Source of the DNA: Octopus vulgaris
Taxonomy: Eukaryota
Reading direction: 5' to 3'
Assembly (NCBI GenBank): GCA_951406725.2
Contig: OX597816.1
Location: forward strand, 176,018,001-176,082,000
Length of the DNA stretch: 64,000 bases
Made by a program: the position numbers and the translations under genes. The notes under the pieces are model-generated. The model saw only the letters and a list, made by a program, of their open reading frames with translations. It searched no databases and had not been told where the DNA came from. Shown piece after piece: positions 56,717-64,000 of this stretch (position 1 is its first letter; each line of letters begins with the position of its first letter).

Positions 56717-57940
56717 TATATGTATTTGATTAAATGTGAAGTGAGTCAGGAAAGCTCTATTTTGTTGTCGTGGAGAAGCACAGTCGTGCTATGGCAACTT
56801 CAACCAATCAGAGTAGGGCGCGTAGGGATACCAAAGAGCAGTTACCTACCCTATTGGTTGGCGCACGATTTTTCGCTAGTCAGTGGATGGACTCGACATC
56901 GACCACATCGTTTCTCTTAAATGGAGCCGGTCTTTTTGTATTTCATACCACCTTAACGCCACAAGCTTCTAAACCATTTGTCCAATAATAAGCTTTATCG
57001 TTTCCCTCTGATACCTGCTTCATTCATCCTTTGTCATTACAATTCAAATATTACAATGTTTCCTTTACAAACGTGCCTTCGGACATTCATAACATTTGCA
57101 TATCTCAAAATTAGTGACCACTCACACTAAATTGGTGACTTTCCACATTGCTTACATACTACATTAGTAACACGCTAAAAATGTTTTATCTTTTAACTTT
57201 TCTTTTAATCATAGAGTCCTTAAAATTTGTACATAGCTGCTACTCCGATCTTGTTGGATCACATCAGTACGACATGTACCATCTATAAATTTCAACCAGC
57301 ATTTTCTTTATTGAATTCATCCCAGCTGAGAGCTGTTTCAGCGTCATGGCTTTTAAATTCAATTAAAAATTTATGTTCCCGTTTGAATTATTAGATATTG
57401 CTTGCAGCTGTTTACAAACAATAACATCAGTTATCTTCCATAATTAGATTGATAGATTTTTATGAAATCCGTGAACTCATTTTAAAATGGCGGTTTCCAC
57501 ATTAACACAATTCTGTAAAGCATAGCAAAACTTCGTGAATTGTGGTTTTTGGACGAAGTTTTCGTTCTTATTAAATGATATATTTACGACTTTCTAAATT
57601 TATATTTGAATGCAATTATATTGATGCATAGAAATACGTATATAATTACATAGACATGTATTTATATGTATCTATGGTATGAGGTTCAATAAGTTTTATA
57701 GCACTCGATCAGTTAAGAGACTAAAGATATTATAATAAAGACCACGAAGAGCCTTGTAAAATACAGCTGCTCAGAGGTTCCTGGTTGAAACATATGAATG
57801 TATGTATGTTTGTATGTATCTTCATTTGCATTAGTATCTATATGCATACATAAATGTGTCAAAATTTGTGTGCATATGCATATGTATATGCGTATTTGTG
57901 CGTATACATACAGCATTGTGTGTATTGTATGTGCTTATGA

Positions 57941-58021
<81 letters not shown>

Positions 58022-58898
58022 AGCTCAAGCGCGCATGCATGAGCGTATTTGCATGAACATACGTAGGTAAATTACTATATCCAATCTTAGCAACCATCGA
58101 TTAACACTAGTAGCTAAGAATGGATTGAATATATTATGGTGATGATGATGGTATCTCACTATATAAAGAAAATGCAACCGAAGTCAATTCAAAAGCAGCA
58201 GGACTATCTCTGCCATATCATTCTTTCACTCATTCTCAGAAGGAAAGTAAATGTTGATACGGATATTACTAGGACATTATTGGGATACTGCATGTTAAAA
58301 TCGAAATAAGGGGAGGCGCAATAATAAATACGCAAACGTAAGTCAGTATTTATTCTAATATAACAAAAAGGCAAATTGGATTTATTTGTTGAACATTTAG
58401 AGAAAAGTTTTCACTTCCTTTTATCACTTCAACATGTTTACAACTTTGTTTCTGACTAGAGCGGAGAACATTGTGGGAAGTTCGTCATGTAGAGGTACGC
58501 TGAAAGTTTTAATTTCATTTCACACTGCAATACATTTTACTGATATTAAATACGTGTGCACATACAAAACGCACACTTACACATACGCGTGTGTGTATAT
58601 GTGTATACACATAGTGATGTATATATCTTTTATCTATATGAAAAGGGGTTAAGAGTTCATACAAATCAACAATTATGGCTAAACAAATAAGTCAAGTTGG
58701 AAAAGGCACAAACGTATATTTTAGAGAATGTTTAATATTTTTGTTTCAGTGAGTGATTTAAGATATAAGCAGTTTCGATGGATCCACCTTATTAAGTATT
58801 AAAAAGAATTTTTTAGGAAGGCAAAGAGAAAAAGAATTGGTGGTTAACAGCTAACATTTGTACCCATGTCTCAATGCATAGTTCAGTAGTGTATTATG

Positions 58899-58942
<44 letters not shown>

Positions 58943-59009
58943 CACACACACACACACACAGAGGTACACAGGCACACAGAGAGACAGACAGACACACACA
59001 CACACACAT

Positions 59010-59220
59010 CTACTTTTTACTTGTCATTAGACTACGGCCATGCTGGGACACCCCTTTGAAGAGCTTTTAGTTGAATGAAACGACCCCAGTACTTCTTTTT
59101 AAAGCCTGGTACTTATTTTATCGGCCTCTTTTATCGAACCGCCGAGTTATAGGAACACAAACCCATCAACACCGGTTGTTAAGCGGTGGAGAGGTGACAA
59201 ATACAGACACAAAGACACTC
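59010..59220 (-). mobile_element. SINE family B 3' half, diverged
   Basis: GGCCATGCTGG...CCCCAGTACTT...CCGGTTGT..GACAAATACAGACAC. Confidence 0.7.
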
Positions 59221-59225
59221 AAAGA

Positions 59226-60151
<926 letters not shown>

Positions 60152-60391
60152 AATTGAGATAGGGGTTGTGAGTGCAACCCACCATGGGATAACATATATC
60201 CAATATACTGCCAGTAAAGCACCCAACAAAGTTAATACATAAATGTATTACTCATTGATGTGCATTGTTTTGTTCTGTACTATTATGTTTGACCTTGATG
60301 TTCATATGTAGTGGGTTAATAAATTATGTGATTGGGTATTATCTGGTAGTTGATTATTGATTAAGGTGTATTTCTCCATTTTCTTAATTTG

Positions 60392-60458
<67 letters not shown>

Positions 60459-60462
<4 letters not shown>

Positions 60463-62152
60463 TTTGATCACTTTGACCGACCAGTCCGTCAGGCTTCCAT
60501 TTGACACCGCTGGTCACAGCACGCTGTCCACTCCTCTCTGGATCGCGCCTTTCTCATCCACGTGATCCCAATCGTCCTCTTGAAATCGTCACTCCACCGT
60601 CGTGGAGGTCTTCCGGGTGGTCTTTTCCGCTCACGCGGGTACCACTCGACAACTGCGTGCGTTCACCGATTATCGGTGAGCCGGGCGACGTGTCCAGCCC
60701 ATCTATACTTGCTGCGAGTATACTCTGCGATGACATCTCTCACGCCGGACTTCTTTCTGATGATCTCGCTACTGATGTGCTCTCTCAACGAGATACCAAG
60801 CATTGACCTTTCCATGGCTCTTTGAGCCGTTATCAGTCTTTGCTCTTCTCTCTTTGTGGTAGTCCATGTTTCACTACCATATAACATTGCAGGCAGAACT
60901 GCACTGTTAATGAGGTTGGCGCGGGTGGTCCTGTCCAACCTTCCCTTGAGCACATCCCTTATGCCATTGAACGCCTTCCATCCGGCCCTTACTCTCCGTG
61001 AGATCTCCTTTTTGATACCCGGCACATATTTACTTCCTGTCCCAGGTAGACATATTCTCTCACCTCTTCTATTTCATCACTGCCGATCACCATTCGACCT
61101 GTTGGTACGTTGTCTGACCGCATGAACTTTGTTTTCATGCGGTTCATCTTGAGACCTACTGCAGAACTTTTGATGTCGAGCTCCGTCAGCATGGTCTGAA
61201 GCTGATCCATGTTTTCAGCGATGAGTACGATGTCGTCAGCGAAACGGAGGTGAGTGAGGAGCTTGCCATTGATGTTGACACCACCTTGCCATTCGATGCC
61301 TCTAATGAAAAGTTTTGGGGAGATTGTATCTCCTTGCTTCACTCCCTTCTCGACCGGCACTCGTATGGGTGATGACGGTAGAGCTATGTCGGTGGTGCAT
61401 CTGGAATTTGCCTCTCTGAGCAGCTGCACATATTGCGCTTCGATTCCTTGCCTCTGCAGCGAGTTCAGCACTGCGTTGGTTTCGACGCTATCGAAGGCCT
61501 TCCCATAATCTATAAACGCAACGCAAAGAGGCAGCTTGTACTCATTCGCTCGCTCAAGCAGTCGCGTTAGAGCAAATATATGGTCCATTGTGCTGTAGTT
61601 CTTCCGGAAGCCTGCTTGCTCCCTCGGTTGTTGTTCGTCGAGACGACGTGACAACCTGTTCAGAATTATCTTCGTGAACAGCTTGTACACGTGAGACAGC
61701 AGGCATATGGGTCGGTAGTTCTTTAGATCTTCTCTGTCGCCCTTCTTATACAGCAGGATGGTATTTGACTCTTTCCACTGCGAGGGGATTCTTCCCTCGT
61801 CTAGATAGCGCGTAAATCACTCAGCGAGGATTTTCCAGAGCTGCTCTCTGCCTGACTTTAGCACCTCCGATGTTATACCGTCTTTCCCTGGAGCCTTTCC
61901 GTTTTTCATCGAGCCGATACCTCTTTCAACCTCACTGACAACGATAGGTGGCACATATTCTTCCTGTTGGAGTGGTGGTAACGGCTGGACATTTCTGGTA
62001 GACTTAAAGAGCTTGGTGTAGAAGTCTTCACAAACTTTTTCCATCTCGCTCTTCTCGTTGACCGGTATTCCATCTGTATTTTTCAGGGCCGTCACCTCCG
62101 ATCTATATAGTACCATGTCCCTCTTGCATTTCTTGAGGCTCTTCTTTTCCAC
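60459..62152 (-). mobile_element. 5'-truncated RTE-clade LINE
   Basis: KAPGKDGI, EQAGFR..ST.DHI, DY.KAFDSVE, GVKQGDTISPKLF, RFADDI, YVYLG, RWAGHVAR; tail (CAAAGTGAT)2 abutting (TA)n. Confidence 0.92.
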
Positions 62153-62369
62153 ATGCGAAAAGGCAAAGCAGCAGTGGCTGGCTGGTCACGTGAGGACAAA
62201 AGAGAGGAGAAAGGGACAGATGAGTAGAGAGAAAAGGGAAACAAGGGAGGAGAAGAAAGAGAGGGAAAGAGACAGATCGAGGGGAGTGTAAGGTATGAGA
62301 GGCAGAGAAACGTAGGAGGGGGGGGGGGCGGATGAAGAGAGAAAGAAAGAAAGAAATATATGATATATA

Positions 62370-63832
62370 CAGGATGCGATGAATAAATTGTTATCTAAAT
62401 TACGCAAAAATGGAAATATCACTGACATCTCATTTTAACAGATATATTTACTACGATTACATAAAAATATCTTGATATACTAATGAGTAAATTTATTTAA
62501 TAAAATCGCCATTGGTTTCAACCACGGCCTCTAAACGACTTCGAGATCCCATGCAACTCTTCTAGACGGTCTTCTTGTTGCTGGATGCTGCCATAATCCT
62601 TCAGTTCATCTTCGGTGTTACAAGGAGTTATGTTAGTCTCTTACTCAACTGCGCCCCACATAAAAATCAAGGGGGTTTGCAGTCTGGGGAGTTAGGCGGC
62701 CAAATGTCAAGAGCGATGTGGTCGCAGAAATTGTTTGACAGCCATGACTGGGTTCTCCTGCTTGTGTGACATGGTGCAGAGTCCTGTTGACAGATATAGG
62801 GTCTTCCAGCAGTCACCCTCTTGACCCAGAGCAGCATTACCTCCTCCAGGTACTTAATGTAGGCCTCCGTGTGGAATCTGAGGCCGTGTTGAAAGATGAA
62901 TGGAAGTATAACGTTGTGATCACTCCAAACACCACGATGTTGACTGAATTTTTGATTTTTATCACCCTCGGTACATGTCATGGGGACACGGCAAGCCAAT
63001 TGTTGTTCTGTGTGTTCACAGAATGGATGATTGAGTTTGTTCAAAAGCTTCGTAACGCGGTTTTACCTCTTGTTCTCGATGGCTTGTGATAAAAATTGGC
63101 CCTTTCTCATCTTGTATGAGGAATACCTATTTCTTTATTACCCACAAGGGGCTAAACATAGAAGGGACAAACAATGACAGACATAGGTATTAAGTCGATT
63201 ACATCGACCCCAGTGCGTAACTGGTGCTTAATTTATCGATCCGGAAAGGATGAAAGGCAAAGTCGACCTCGGCGGAATTTGAACTCAGAACGTAACGGCA
63301 GACGAAATACCGCAAAGCATTTCGTCCGGCGTGCTAACGCTTCTCCCAGCTCGCCGCCTTGTATGAGGAATACCGAATGTCTTCATGCACTACCTACCTG
63401 ATAAGGAACTAAAACTCTCCCATGTCTCTGACGATGGACCTGATTGATTTGGAGGGATCATTGTCAATCATGGCCTGAATCTCACCAACAAATTCAGGAG
63501 TTCTTTTCTTATCAGAACGATCAGAGTGAGTTTTCCAAACTGCTGTACCTTCGTAATCCCCATTAGACCCATCCAACTCTTTCTGAATCCTCTGCACTCT
63601 CCTCAGATTGACATCCAAACACTCTTAAATATTTGTATTGGAGCTTCCGGTGCGAATGCCAAGCAGTCGTTTCCAAATTTCTGGCAGAGTAAATTTTGTA
63701 ATGGTGGTGCTTTTTCACAGACGGTGCTCAACTGAACCTACTATACTGTGTAGTCAACAAAATCAAAAACAAACAATGCACATGCGCAAAATTAAAAATT
63801 ATAAAATGGCGACAATTTACTCATCGCACTGT

Positions 63833-63833
<1 letters not shown>
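62370..63833 (-). mobile_element. decayed mariner (DD37D/maT-like) transposon
   Basis: Imperfect TIRs TGCGATGA(A/G)TAAATTGT; QQDSAPCHTS..WPPNSPDC.P; N-terminal DPSKSIRSI.RDMG. Confidence 0.85.
63128..63358 (-). mobile_element. tRNA-derived SINE, family C (full length)
   Basis: GGCGGCGAGCTGG head; 16-bp TSD TTGTATGAGGAATACC at 63112-63127 and 63359-63374. Confidence 0.93.
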
Positions 63834-63901
<68 letters not shown>

Positions 63902-64000
63902 GAATAATAATAATAAAAAAGGAAAAACCTTTGTTGCTGCGCACCTAATTAGTGCTCAATATGAGCAAAATATAATAAAAATCAAAGTGGATAATAGATT

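Noticed and set aside
57300-58900. Possible host exons in the least repetitive stretch
   Set aside because: No convincing ORF, splice-flanked coding segment or recognisable protein motif

Overview
AT-rich, microsatellite-dense animal DNA made almost entirely of nested, mostly decayed transposable elements. The SINE and microsatellite make-up looks like an Octopus/cephalopod genome (inference). No host protein-coding gene can be supported. Retroelements: RTE-X, RTE, CR1, R4/Dong and Hero LINEs, a full-length Gypsy element (LTRs, tRNA-Leu PBS, PPT, 5-bp TSD), a second decayed Gypsy, at least five Penelope-like fragments, and three tRNA-derived SINE families. DNA elements: two mariner-type transposons, Helitrons and several foldback/MITE-like elements. 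There is also an orphan rDNA piece (putative 5'ETS plus the first 32 nt of 18S). The top finding is a 365-bp foldback element (43391-43755) whose ~150-bp inverted arms close on a complete type I hammerhead ribozyme at the apex. That predicts a rod-shaped self-cleaving RNA in a MITE-like architecture. Several further hammerheads sit in Penelope pseudo-LTRs. A 557-bp non-coding element is found only inside (TAA)n tracts. All coordinates and base-pairings were read by eye.
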